A stretch of DNA of 42,344 bases from Patescibacteria group bacterium. Its GTDB lineage: Bacteria > Patescibacteriota > Microgenomatia > UBA8517. Of this stretch, positions 19,917-29,102 are shown piece after piece. Position numbers and translations under genes: made by a program. The stretch is from NCBI GenBank assembly GCA_035291405.1, contig DATDSD010000048.1, forward strand, positions 1-42,344, given 5' to 3'. The first letter of the stretch is position 1, and the number at the start of each line of letters is the position of its first letter. The notes beneath the pieces were generated by a model. It saw nothing but the letters and a program-made list of their open reading frames with translations, was not told the DNA's origin and made no database searches.

Positions 19917-20723
19917 TCATTTCAACAAATAGACCCCTTTAATAGCATTTGCTTTAACCTTTAATAAATCCCTCAAACCCTCCCATGAGTCTTTAATTGG
20001 ATTAACTTTTGTTCCCTCCTTATGATGCCAAACAACAGGAACCTCAGTAACCTTAAGTTTTAATTTCTTAGCAATATACAATATTTCCAAATCAAAACCA
20101 GCAGAAACTGAAGCTCCGCTGGTTAATTTTGTTTCATTAAATATTTTTAATCTCTTGAATATTTTCTGACTAGCCTCTTTTGTAAATGCCTTAAAACCAC
20201 ACTGAGTATCTTTAAATGGAAGTTGTAAAATCAAATTTCTTAAAATCATAAATCCAAAAGCCATTGTTTTCCTTATTAATGGAGCCCCTTCTCTTCCTGC
20301 ACGTGATCCAATTACAACATCAAAACCTTCGTTAATTTTTGATAGCACTTTCTCTAATTGATCAATTGGTGTAGCTTGATCCATATCGTCAAAAATGATA
20401 ACTTTCCCGGTAGCCTTAAGCATTCCTGCAATAACTGTCCCTCCTTTTCCTCTGTGGGGTTCTCTAAAAACTTTTATGTTGTTATTACCAGAGGATAAGT
20501 TATGACTTTTTGCAAATTTCTCCGATAATTCTGCCGTCTTATCAATTGATCCGTCATCAACTACCAGTATTTCCCATGAATAATCTTGTTCCTTTAAATA
20601 ATCAACCATTCCAGAAAGAGACCCTGTTCTTATATTGTTTTCTTCGTTATACGAAGGAATAACAATTGAGAGAAATATATTTTTGTCATCTTTGATCAAA
20701 TTTTGTTTATTTTGTTTTGTCAT
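19917..20723 (-). CDS. polyprenyl-phosphate sugar synthase (GT2; Dpm1/GtrB/ArnC-like)
   Basis: FLSIVIPSYNEENNI...VVDDGSIDKT...HRGKGG...FDDMDQATP. The ORF-track start 20786 would overlap B2 by 53 nt. ATG 20723 (MTKQNKQ) lies 10 nt after the B2 stop. Confidence 0.75.
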   Translation of the reverse strand: MTKQNKQNLIKDDKNIFLSIVIPSYNEENNIRTGSLSGMVDYLKEQDYSWEILVVDDGSIDKTAELSEKFAKSHNLSSGNNNIKVFREPHRGKGGTVIAGMLKATGKVIIFDDMDQATPIDQLEKVLSKINEGFDVVIGSRAGREGAPLIRKTMAFGFMILRNLILQLPFKDTQCGFKAFTKEASQKIFKRLKIFNETKLTSGASVSAGFDLEILYIAKKLKLKVTEVPVVWHHKEGTKVNPIKDSWEGLRDLLKVKANAIKGVYLLK

Positions 20724-20733
20724 TTTGTTGTTT

Positions 20734-22209
20734 TTATTCAACATATCCAAACATTGAATCTGTAAGGTTAGAGTTTGCACCACCACAACTATTAATTACC
20801 TCCTTCATATTATAACGCCCATAATCAGGATATATAAGACCTAATGAACCAAAACTTTTATCTATCTTATTAACTAATTCGTGGGGAAAAACAATTGTAT
20901 AAACAGGCGAATTTGAAATTGGATTATTAACATGCATTCCTTCCAACCAATAAAGATATCTGTAACCCAAATCATATCCAGGCTTTGTAATATACGATAT
21001 TGAAACACAGGGATAGTTATGAGCCAGACTATCTATTTTAATTTCTCTAACCAGTGCTATTTTTTCAACATATCCTTTTTTATCAGTATTGTATCTAAAT
21101 AAATAATTTAAATTTGATAAGACAAATAGACCAAGTAAAATATAAAAAATCTCTTTGCCTAAAATATTCTTGTGAAGATCTGACAGTGCAAGCGATAGGA
21201 TAAAGATCCAAACAATATTCATTCCATTTAAATAATATTCTGAAGGGTTAAGTGGGTTAAGTGTAAAAAAAAGTAAATATAATCCTTGCCAGACTAAAAA
21301 AATTGTGCACAAAAAAGTATTAATTCTTTTGGTTCTGTATAAATAAATAAATAAAAGTAGATATGTAATAAATACTAATTTCGGATTAATAAAATTATAT
21401 TTTGATAAAATACCAATAGCATTTTTGTTAGCCAACTGCATTACTCTATCAAACTTTGCAGATTTACTTAAAAACACCACACTTGTTTCTTTCTTGGTTG
21501 TTAAAGAAAGAACTATTGATTTAGTCTGACTGAAATTATGTCGATATTCGAAAAATAAAAGTGGACCATTTACCACAAACAACATAAGCAAACCAACAAA
21601 CAATGCCTTTAAATTTATTTTTTGTTTTGAGTATATAAAAGCTATTAAAATTAATGGTGTGAGTAAGATAAGGGCAAGATTTAAATGCCACACTAGACCG
21701 ATTAAAATTGCAGATAATATAAATCCATAAAGTTGTTTACCCTTAAAAATTAAAAATAAGCTATATAAAAACCAAACAGTCAACAAGACTACAGGCATCG
21801 TGGGAACCACTTCACGATCAGTAAAAACCATTAAAGCCGAGACAGAATAGATAAAAGCACCAATTAAACCTACTTTAGTATTTGCAATTTTATTAAAGAC
21901 AAAAAAAATACTGTAAGTTGTAAAAACCCCCAGTAAGATTGTTAAAAATACTGCAGGTAATGGATTCATCTGTCCAAGTAAATAAAATGGTATTTGCAGA
22001 TAATAAAAAAGTGCACCTATAAAAACACCCTGACTTGAAGTTTCTTGTCCTATCAATCGAAGATGTCCATTCACTAAGATATCTTTAATTATCCACGAAG
22101 CAAGGTCAGAATCATGAGAAAAAACATAATAACTTTTAAAGTTATATATACGCACTAAAAATGCGACCGTAAGAATCAAAAATAAAATTAATTTATTTGT
22201 TTTATTCAT
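20734..22209 (-). CDS. GT-C-type membrane glycosyltransferase, paralog B2
   Basis: 491 aa. RIYNFKSYYVFSHDSDLASWIIKDIL..LIGQETSSQG..GALFYYL; FFEYRHNF. Soluble C-terminal domain. Confidence 0.55.
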   Translation of the reverse strand: MNKTNKLILFLILTVAFLVRIYNFKSYYVFSHDSDLASWIIKDILVNGHLRLIGQETSSQGVFIGALFYYLQIPFYLLGQMNPLPAVFLTILLGVFTTYSIFFVFNKIANTKVGLIGAFIYSVSALMVFTDREVVPTMPVVLLTVWFLYSLFLIFKGKQLYGFILSAILIGLVWHLNLALILLTPLILIAFIYSKQKINLKALFVGLLMLFVVNGPLLFFEYRHNFSQTKSIVLSLTTKKETSVVFLSKSAKFDRVMQLANKNAIGILSKYNFINPKLVFITYLLLFIYLYRTKRINTFLCTIFLVWQGLYLLFFTLNPLNPSEYYLNGMNIVWIFILSLALSDLHKNILGKEIFYILLGLFVLSNLNYLFRYNTDKKGYVEKIALVREIKIDSLAHNYPCVSISYITKPGYDLGYRYLYWLEGMHVNNPISNSPVYTIVFPHELVNKIDKSFGSLGLIYPDYGRYNMKEVINSCGGANSNLTDSMFGYVE

Positions 22210-23671
22210 GTGTGATTCTCTCCCTTTTATCTACGGTTATACCTCCAAATTTAACCGACTCTGTAACTTTACCTATTCCATCTTGTCTATCAAGCCAAGC
22301 TTCAAGTCTTTCAGGGTGTGGTGGATCAATTTCATATAAAGTATAAAGTACTGTTGTTAATTTTTCCTGCTGTCCTAAATTTTGCCATAGAAATAAGTAT
22401 TCATATGCATATGGAATAACTGGTGGAACATAAACATCCACATTAAAGGGATTATTCTTACTGTCCGACTTAATCCAGTTAATTACAGATAGTTGATTCT
22501 TAAAAGCAATAATTTCTCCGTCATTTAAACTTTTGCCATAATTAAATTTGAAACTTTGATAGTTTTTAAAAAGGAAAATGGACATAAAAATAATTAATAT
22601 AAATTTGCCAAATTTTAACTTTGTTAAATTTATAAAAATGAATGAAAAAAACAAAATAAATATTAGATAATATCCGGTGAAATAATAATCATAAAATCCT
22701 CCCAAATTACTAACAAAGAATAAAGTACCCAAGAATGGAGCCAAAAATAAGATAAAAACTATCTTAAATCTATCTTCTTTCCAATATTTCTTAAAATTAC
22801 GGAATATATTAAAAATAAAAAGAACAAAAAAAGGCAAAAACAATAAATTACCGTTCACAAAAAACTTCGATGCAAAAATATCATAATATGTTTTTAATCT
22901 TAATATTAAAATTTGAACAAAATTGTAGGTAAATGAGTTTTCTTGAAATATAAAATTATATAAAGCACCAGATAAAACACCAGGGTGTCTTATTTCAAAA
23001 ATCATCTGAGGAAGAAATGTAAACAAAAAAGTCATCAAAGAAAGTATGAGTATTTTTAAACTTGGTAATATTTTACGGTTAATGAATAATATTAATATTA
23101 GAGCCGGAATATAATAAATTTCAGTTGCAGCACCAAAGTTTAATCCCATTCCAATTAAAAATGTAGCCAGTGGTAGAGACCAAACTTTTTTCTCTAAGTA
23201 TCTAAAAAATACCCAAACCAGTGCTATTCCAATTAATAACATTGGTGTAGGATTTGAAAGCCAACGTGATGAATTAATTATATAGCTGGAAAATCCAGCC
23301 AAAAAAGCAGCCAACAAACCCACACTTTTACCTCCTAATTTATTTCCCACATCATACAAAACATAAATTGCAAAAACAGTAATCGAAATTAAAAAAAATG
23401 ATGGAAATATAGGATTTCCTTTACCTAGGTAGTAAAATGGTGCAATTAAATAATAATACCAAGGTCCTCGAAACATCCCCGTAAAACCCATCATTGGTCC
23501 AATTAGAAACAATTTACCTTTATTGATTAAGTCCCAAATTACCAAGGCATCTCGTCCTTGGTCATACCAAAAACCTAAAAGTTCAGGTAATCTATAAATT
23601 CTTAAAAGAAATGCGGACAATAAAATGATGAGGATATTAAACCTTTTTGTTAGCATATTTCCTACACACAT
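22202..23671 (-). CDS. GT-C-type membrane glycosyltransferase, paralog B3
   Basis: 489 aa. RIYRLPELLGFWYDQGRDALVIWDLI..LIGPMMGFTG..GPWYYYL; IFEIRHPG. Alternative start ATG 23656 (MLTKRFN). Either start overlaps the nrnA end. Confidence 0.55.
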   Translation of the reverse strand: MCVGNMLTKRFNILIILLSAFLLRIYRLPELLGFWYDQGRDALVIWDLINKGKLFLIGPMMGFTGMFRGPWYYYLIAPFYYLGKGNPIFPSFFLISITVFAIYVLYDVGNKLGGKSVGLLAAFLAGFSSYIINSSRWLSNPTPMLLIGIALVWVFFRYLEKKVWSLPLATFLIGMGLNFGAATEIYYIPALILILFINRKILPSLKILILSLMTFLFTFLPQMIFEIRHPGVLSGALYNFIFQENSFTYNFVQILILRLKTYYDIFASKFFVNGNLLFLPFFVLFIFNIFRNFKKYWKEDRFKIVFILFLAPFLGTLFFVSNLGGFYDYYFTGYYLIFILFFSFIFINLTKLKFGKFILIIFMSIFLFKNYQSFKFNYGKSLNDGEIIAFKNQLSVINWIKSDSKNNPFNVDVYVPPVIPYAYEYLFLWQNLGQQEKLTTVLYTLYEIDPPHPERLEAWLDRQDGIGKVTESVKFGGITVDKRERITHE

Positions 23672-24635
23672 CTAAAACCTTCTCAACAGCTTCATTAAAA
23701 GGCAATCCTTCAATTTTAGTCGCAGAAGCGACTTTGTGGCCTCCCCCACCTAATTCTTTGGCAATTTGCGATGTATCAAAATCGGTTCTACCCCTAAAAC
23801 TCACAGTCATGTAATTTGGCTTCTCTTCAACTCCAATTAAACCAAAGTCTGTGCCGTCAACGATTGGAGCAAACAGACTTGCAGCTTTTGATTTTGCTTC
23901 GTCTAACGAATTATATTTACTAAAAATTTCATAAGGCACAAAAGACCAAGCAAATTTAAATTCGTTGTCTATTTCCATATTTAGTAACACTTGAGACCAA
24001 AATTTTAATAATTCTATTTTTTCGCTTCTATAAATTCTATTAGTAATCATGTCTTTATTGGCCCCCAACTCCATCAAAATTGATGCAATTGATAATGTTT
24101 TTGGAGTAACATTTGGATAAGCAAATGCTCCAGTATCACCAATAATTGAGGTTAGTAAACACTCAGAAATATCTTTGTCTAAACTAAATTGCCAATCTGC
24201 AAAAACATCAAAAAGGATCTCACCCACCGAAGTGGCTTTATCATCAACTAATCTAATATTTCCCTCTAATGTACTTATGTAATGATGGTCAATAACAACC
24301 GTAAAAATATTTGGCTTTTCAGAGGTATCCTCGTCTAATAAAAGCGATAAATTTGGAGTATCTAAAGTAATAAATAAATCATACTGAGAAAAATCAAATT
24401 TTTTGAATAACACCCCAAGCTTGATGTCATCATATCCACCTAAATAATCAACTTGTTTAGTAATCTGATCGCTTGGACAAATAACATCTACCCGTTTCCC
24501 CATTTTTTCCAAGACTAGCTTCATCGCCAACGTACTACCTAATCCATCAGGATCAGGGCCACGATGGCAATTGAGAAGTATTTTATTTGCCTTTTTTATT
24601 TCATCTAAAATTAATTGTGATTCTGGGTAATTCAT
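23637..24635 (-). CDS. nrnA: DHH/DHHA1 phosphoesterase (NrnA-like oligoribonuclease / pAp phosphatase)
   Basis: 332 aa. HRGPDPDGLGS, DTPN, VIDHHY (DHH motif) and LGGGGHKVASA (DHHA1 GGGH motif). Confidence 0.8.
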   Translation of the reverse strand: MNYPESQLILDEIKKANKILLNCHRGPDPDGLGSTLAMKLVLEKMGKRVDVICPSDQITKQVDYLGGYDDIKLGVLFKKFDFSQYDLFITLDTPNLSLLLDEDTSEKPNIFTVVIDHHYISTLEGNIRLVDDKATSVGEILFDVFADWQFSLDKDISECLLTSIIGDTGAFAYPNVTPKTLSIASILMELGANKDMITNRIYRSEKIELLKFWSQVLLNMEIDNEFKFAWSFVPYEIFSKYNSLDEAKSKAASLFAPIVDGTDFGLIGVEEKPNYMTVSFRGRTDFDTSQIAKELGGGGHKVASATKIEGLPFNEAVEKVLDVCRKYANKKV

Positions 24636-24656
24636 AATTTTAATTTCAAGCCTTGC

Positions 24657-26180
24657 TTATCTTGAATGTATTAATTTGTATATTATAACACCATCAACTT
24701 CCCATTTTTCTTCAATTTTACTCCAGCCGAAATTAGCTACCTCTGCTTTAGGAGAATGTGTTGGATCACACTTAACCTCTTCCATTTCACAAACAACAAA
24801 CAATTGATTTGATATGGATTTACTGTCCCATATATCAGCATGTAGGGGTGTGTATCCTTCTTTTTCCAAAAAATAAGCGTACCCGTCTTCATAATTTCTT
24901 TCCGCCAAGACTGCCAGATTAAAGGAGGTTTCTTTTGATTCCTCAATTATTTTTGATGAAACATTTTGAGCTCTTTGAAGTTGTTTGTTTGGTGAATACT
25001 TAAGAGGAGAATTAATAATGTTAATGTAAACTACAAATAAAAATAAAAAAATCAACATTGTTTTGCCAATCTTACTTAGACCATCAAAAACTCCATCTAT
25101 GAAACCTGCTAAGAATAAAAATGGAGCAGTAAACAAAAGACCAAAATAATGATCATGTATTTCAAACTTAAAAAGACCTAAGCCAAAAAGACCAGCAATC
25201 ATCCAAATTGTCAAAGTACTAAAACCTGACGCTTCATTGGTGTGTAGTCTTTTTCTACCCAACAAAAAAAGTACCGATGGAATAGAGATAACCGCAACTA
25301 TTATCTTTCCTAGAGTTTCCATTCTTCCCGCCAATAATCTTGTTGATATTAAATTAAGAACTTCAGGTAATTTAATTACAGATGCCCAAATATTTTTGGA
25401 AAAAGCATCTTCTCCGGTAACAAAAAGTGAACTTGCTGCTTTGTAGTTAATCCAATCATGTCTTATATCAAAGAATAAAAGAGGAGACATCAAACCTAAA
25501 AAAATTACCAAGGAAATAGCTGATAATTTTATAAATCTAACAACTTTTGCTTTCTCGTTTATTTCTTGACTTTCAAAAGAAGTCTTTAAAAAAATTAAAA
25601 TCCAATAAAAGCCCAGCACAGGTGCCAGAAGTAGTCCAAAATAATGAGACTGTAATACAAAAGCATAGGAAATCGCACAGGTTAAAAGCCATTTAAAATT
25701 CTCTCTTTTCCAAACCATCCAGATTGAATAAATAGCAAGCAGTGAAAAGAAAGGCATTATGTTTGGGTTCCAAGAACTTTTGGAAAAAATTATTACAGTT
25801 GGAGATATTGCATAAAGGGTGGCAGCAATTAAACCCGCTCTTTTAGAAAACCACTTAAGTCCTACATAATAAACCATAAAAATGGTAGCAACACCTATTA
25901 ATGCAATCAAGACAGATGGGCCGACAGGAGAAAAATTGAAAAGCCAAAGAAAAGGAGAAATAAGATAATAGTAAAGTGGGCCTAGATACATGTTTCCGAT
26001 TGAAGTGCCGGGGCCAATCAACATCAAATCAAAATCAACTAAAAATCTTCTGACGATAATTGCATCTCGCCCCTCATCTCCCAAAAATGTCATATATTCT
26101 CCAATTTTGTAGAGTCTAAAAAATGCTCCAATTAATAAAATTGTAATAAGTATCGAATTTTCTTTTAGAAATTTTCTCAT
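24657..26180 (-). CDS. GT-C-type membrane glycosyltransferase, paralog B4
   Basis: 507 aa. RLYKIGEYMTFLGDEGRDAIIVRRFL..LIGPGTSIGN..GPLYYYL; FFDIRHDW. Soluble C-terminal domain. ATGA overlap with the upstream GT2 stop. Confidence 0.55.
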   Translation of the reverse strand: MRKFLKENSILITILLIGAFFRLYKIGEYMTFLGDEGRDAIIVRRFLVDFDLMLIGPGTSIGNMYLGPLYYYLISPFLWLFNFSPVGPSVLIALIGVATIFMVYYVGLKWFSKRAGLIAATLYAISPTVIIFSKSSWNPNIMPFFSLLAIYSIWMVWKRENFKWLLTCAISYAFVLQSHYFGLLLAPVLGFYWILIFLKTSFESQEINEKAKVVRFIKLSAISLVIFLGLMSPLLFFDIRHDWINYKAASSLFVTGEDAFSKNIWASVIKLPEVLNLISTRLLAGRMETLGKIIVAVISIPSVLFLLGRKRLHTNEASGFSTLTIWMIAGLFGLGLFKFEIHDHYFGLLFTAPFLFLAGFIDGVFDGLSKIGKTMLIFLFLFVVYINIINSPLKYSPNKQLQRAQNVSSKIIEESKETSFNLAVLAERNYEDGYAYFLEKEGYTPLHADIWDSKSISNQLFVVCEMEEVKCDPTHSPKAEVANFGWSKIEEKWEVDGVIIYKLIHSR

Positions 26181-26881
26181 CTTAATTTACGCCACAGGCG
26201 AAACAAATCAACGAAACTCTGTAGGATTACCTTTACATTTCTACCGGTTCCCTTTCCTTGTACCCTTGGTAAATGTGTAACAGAAATCTCAACTATTTTA
26301 AAACCGGATTTTTTTGCTTTAATCAAAAACTCAGAGGAGATAAATGCACCTCTTTCACTTTCTAACGTGGGAATTCTGTTAATTACTTTTTTACTAACTA
26401 ATTTAAAACCACAATCAATGTCATGAACATGTAAACCGAAAAGTATCATTACGGCTATTTCCCACATTCTTGAAGTTATTATTTTAAATTTACTTACTTG
26501 TCTTTTTTTGTAATAACCAATTATTAAATCAGCATTTGTTTCTTGTTGTTTCTCAAAAAATAAATTTATTTCACTAAAATCAAATTGGCCGTCTGAATCA
26601 GTAAAGATAATCCAAGGATATTTTGCATTATAAAAGCCAGATTTAAGACTTGCACCATAACCTCTATTTACTTCATGATTAATAACTCTTATTCTTTTAT
26701 CTTCACTTGAAAGTTCTTCTGAAATTTTTTTTGTATTGTCAGTTGAACCATCGTTAACAATTATAATTTCCCAATTCTCGACATATTTTAAAAGAACAGC
26801 CTTAGATTTTATAACTGTATTTTTAATATTCCCCTCTTCATTATATGCAGGGAAAAAGACTGATAATGATTTTATTTTCAT
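26177..26881 (-). CDS. polyprenyl-phosphate sugar synthase (GT2; GtrB/ArnC-like)
   Basis: 234 aa. LSVFFPAYNEEGNI...IVNDGSTDNT...NRGYGASLKSG...FTDSDGQF. Confidence 0.75.
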   Translation of the reverse strand: MKIKSLSVFFPAYNEEGNIKNTVIKSKAVLLKYVENWEIIIVNDGSTDNTKKISEELSSEDKRIRVINHEVNRGYGASLKSGFYNAKYPWIIFTDSDGQFDFSEINLFFEKQQETNADLIIGYYKKRQVSKFKIITSRMWEIAVMILFGLHVHDIDCGFKLVSKKVINRIPTLESERGAFISSEFLIKAKKSGFKIVEISVTHLPRVQGKGTGRNVKVILQSFVDLFRLWRKLR

Positions 26882-26957
26882 AAAAAATAAATTTGAGATT
26901 TCATCATAAAGAAATTTGTATTTTCATCTATTAGTCTAACACAAGTGAAGCTATTTG

Positions 26958-26966
26958 TGATATTAT
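26958..26966 (+). promoter_or_regulatory. extended -10 TGATATTAT, 6 nt upstream of ATG 26973
   Basis: Plus strand: TGATATTAT CAAAGT ATG. Confidence 0.45.
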
Positions 26967-26972
26967 CAAAGT

Positions 26973-28103
26973 ATGGGTCGAATCAAAAAATTCATTCCTC
27001 TTATTCTCCTATCTTTAATTCCCACGCTTTTGATTTGGCTTCCATTTTACTTAAGAGTCAAGTCATTTTGGACAATTCCACTTCCACAACAGGGAATGGC
27101 AACAATTGTCGCTAACTTTGATGGACCATTATATTTAGCCGTTGCTAAAACTTTTTATGATCCTCAAAGTTTAGGGGCTAATTATCAGTTTCCCTTATCT
27201 CATGAGTATTACTCTGCACATTTTCCGCTTTTCCCAATGTTAATTAAGGTTTTTTCACCAATTTTAGGACATCCTTATTCCATGCTTTTTGTGACACTAA
27301 TTTCTTCAATAATGGCACTTTACTTTTTTTATATTCACTCACGAGAATATTTATCCAAAGAAAATGCGCTGTTTCTAACTTCTGTTTTTTCAATTTTTCC
27401 TGCTAGATGGTTAATAGTAAGATCAGTTGGATCACCAGAACCACTATTTGTAGCCTTAATTCTTGCATCAGTCTACTACTTTAGGAAAGAAAAATATTTA
27501 CTTGCGGGAATTGCTGGTTTTTTCGCCCAAATGACAAAATCTCCTGCAATTTTACTTTTCTTTGCATATTTAATTCAGATCATTATTCCTCACATCAAAG
27601 ACCTTAAAAAAATAGAGTTTAAGAAATATTTACCATTACTTTTAATTCCAGTTGGGTTATTGGTCGTTTTTACAATATATGCAGTAAGGTATGGAGATTT
27701 CTTTACTTATTTTAAATCTGGAGACAACATTCATCTTTTCTTCCCGCCATTTCAAATTTTTAATTATTCAGCCTCATGGGTAGGAACCTTCTGGCTTGAA
27801 GAAGTAATCTTCATCTACGCAATTGGGGTTTTGGGAATTTATAAGTTATATCAAGAAAAAATGACAATGTATTTTTATTTCACACTTACCTTCTTTGTTT
27901 CGCTTCTCTTTGTTGCCCACAGGGACTTACTTAGGTATGCACTTCCCATTGTACCGTTTTTATTAATTGCATTTAGAGAAATCTTAATCAAAAAAGAATT
28001 TAAAATTGTACTTGCAGTAATTATTATTCCAATTTATCTTTATTCTCTAGCCTTCATCTCACAAAATGCCATGCCAATTGCCAATTGGAATCCATTTTTG
28101 TAA
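26973..28103 (+). CDS. polytopic membrane protein, probable GT-C mannosyltransferase (PIG-V/GT76-like by eye)
   Basis: 376 aa, all-membrane. The first loop VANFDGPLYLAVAKTFYDP resembles the DG..Y..IA motif of PIG-V-type enzymes. Confidence 0.4.
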   Translation: MGRIKKFIPLILLSLIPTLLIWLPFYLRVKSFWTIPLPQQGMATIVANFDGPLYLAVAKTFYDPQSLGANYQFPLSHEYYSAHFPLFPMLIKVFSPILGHPYSMLFVTLISSIMALYFFYIHSREYLSKENALFLTSVFSIFPARWLIVRSVGSPEPLFVALILASVYYFRKEKYLLAGIAGFFAQMTKSPAILLFFAYLIQIIIPHIKDLKKIEFKKYLPLLLIPVGLLVVFTIYAVRYGDFFTYFKSGDNIHLFFPPFQIFNYSASWVGTFWLEEVIFIYAIGVLGIYKLYQEKMTMYFYFTLTFFVSLLFVAHRDLLRYALPIVPFLLIAFREILIKKEFKIVLAVIIIPIYLYSLAFISQNAMPIANWNPFL

Positions 28104-28107
28104 AAAT

Positions 28108-28800
28108 ATGGGCAAGCTTACCGGCCACCAACTTAAACAAATTGAAGTAATTAAAAAGATTGAAAAGCTATTCAATCAAAACAAAATAAGCGCCGTATCA
28201 AAAATCGATGATTATGAAAATGACCCAAGAATTTGTTTAACTAGCGTACATTTTCCATCAAAAAAACTTACAAAAATTATTGTAGCTAAAATTATTGAAC
28301 CACTACAAAAAATTGACAAGAATATATTTTACTATCCCCCAGAATCATTACACTTAACCGTTAAAAACATTCGAACAATCAATAATCCTCCGGATTTCAA
28401 AACAAACGACTTGTTAACCGCAAAAAAAGTTTTTTCAAAAGTAATACCCAAGCTCCACAAATTTAAAATTTATTATTATAAACTCGTAATTTACCCCAAT
28501 AGTTTATCTATTGTCTATACAACTGATCCAGAATTGGATTTAATTTTTTCAGAATTGGATAAAGCATTAAATAAATCAGGTTTGCCTGACAATAAATTCT
28601 ATGCAAATAATAAATATATTATTTCCAATATAACTCTTGCACGATTTTATGGTCAACCCACACCGGAATTTAAGAATGAAGTAAAAAGGATTGCGAAATT
28701 AAATATATTCGATAACTACATAATAGATAGCGTTACCTTATTAACGGCAAACGCAGCAATGAAAAATAAAAAGATTATAGGTAAATGGAAACTTCAATAA
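28108..28800 (+). CDS. 2H phosphoesterase (LigT/ThpR-like) with a degenerate second HxT motif
   Basis: ATG 28108 (MGKLTGHQ) lies 4 nt after the upstream stop; the track start 28066 overlaps the upstream gene. First motif SLHLTVKNI (CAC 28351-28353). The second motif reads SNITLARF, where the family has HITLAR (AAT 28627-28629). Confidence 0.5.
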   Translation: MGKLTGHQLKQIEVIKKIEKLFNQNKISAVSKIDDYENDPRICLTSVHFPSKKLTKIIVAKIIEPLQKIDKNIFYYPPESLHLTVKNIRTINNPPDFKTNDLLTAKKVFSKVIPKLHKFKIYYYKLVIYPNSLSIVYTTDPELDLIFSELDKALNKSGLPDNKFYANNKYIISNITLARFYGQPTPEFKNEVKRIAKLNIFDNYIIDSVTLLTANAAMKNKKIIGKWKLQ

Positions 28801-28846
28801 ACATTATCGTGGGTTTTTAAGTACATTATCAGTCTAACTATATGAA

Positions 28847-29101
28847 ATGGAGATTCCTAGGCATTGGAGACTAAAACAACAGAGGTATAGACTAATTGGG
28901 GATATCTGCAAAAATAACCATCCGGCATTTCCACCAGATGATGTCTGCAAACAATGTCCCCACGATAAAGCAATAACAGATGCAATAGCTGAAAGTGCAG
29001 CAACAGCAGAAAAAGAAATTGCTGGTATAAAGGCAAAAATACTAATTTATGAAGCAAGTCCAGATAAATACGAATCACTAGACGAAATTGTAATAATTTA
29101 A
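28847..29101 (+). CDS. small zinc-ribbon protein (DUF35/COG1545-like N-terminal module, no OB fold)
   Basis: 84 aa. IPRHWRLKQQRYRLIGDICKNNHPAFPPDDVCKQCPHD resembles the N-terminus of DUF35 Zn-ribbon proteins, followed by an Ala/Glu-rich tail. The antisense 73-aa ORF is Leu-rich low complexity. Confidence 0.4.
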   Translation: MEIPRHWRLKQQRYRLIGDICKNNHPAFPPDDVCKQCPHDKAITDAIAESAATAEKEIAGIKAKILIYEASPDKYESLDEIVII

Positions 29102-29102
29102 T

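Noticed and set aside
28801-28830. 8-nt direct repeat ACATTATC x2 spaced 22 nt apart upstream of the Zn-ribbon ORF (possible operator)
   Set aside because: It is short, AT-rich and easily arises by chance at this composition. No inverted symmetry and no adjacent regulator gene.
28857-29078. 73-aa minus-strand ORF antisense to the Zn-ribbon ORF
   Set aside because: It is a Leu-rich repetitive translation. The + strand frame has a CxxxH/CxxC ribbon with a DUF35-like N-terminus and is co-oriented with the two upstream genes.
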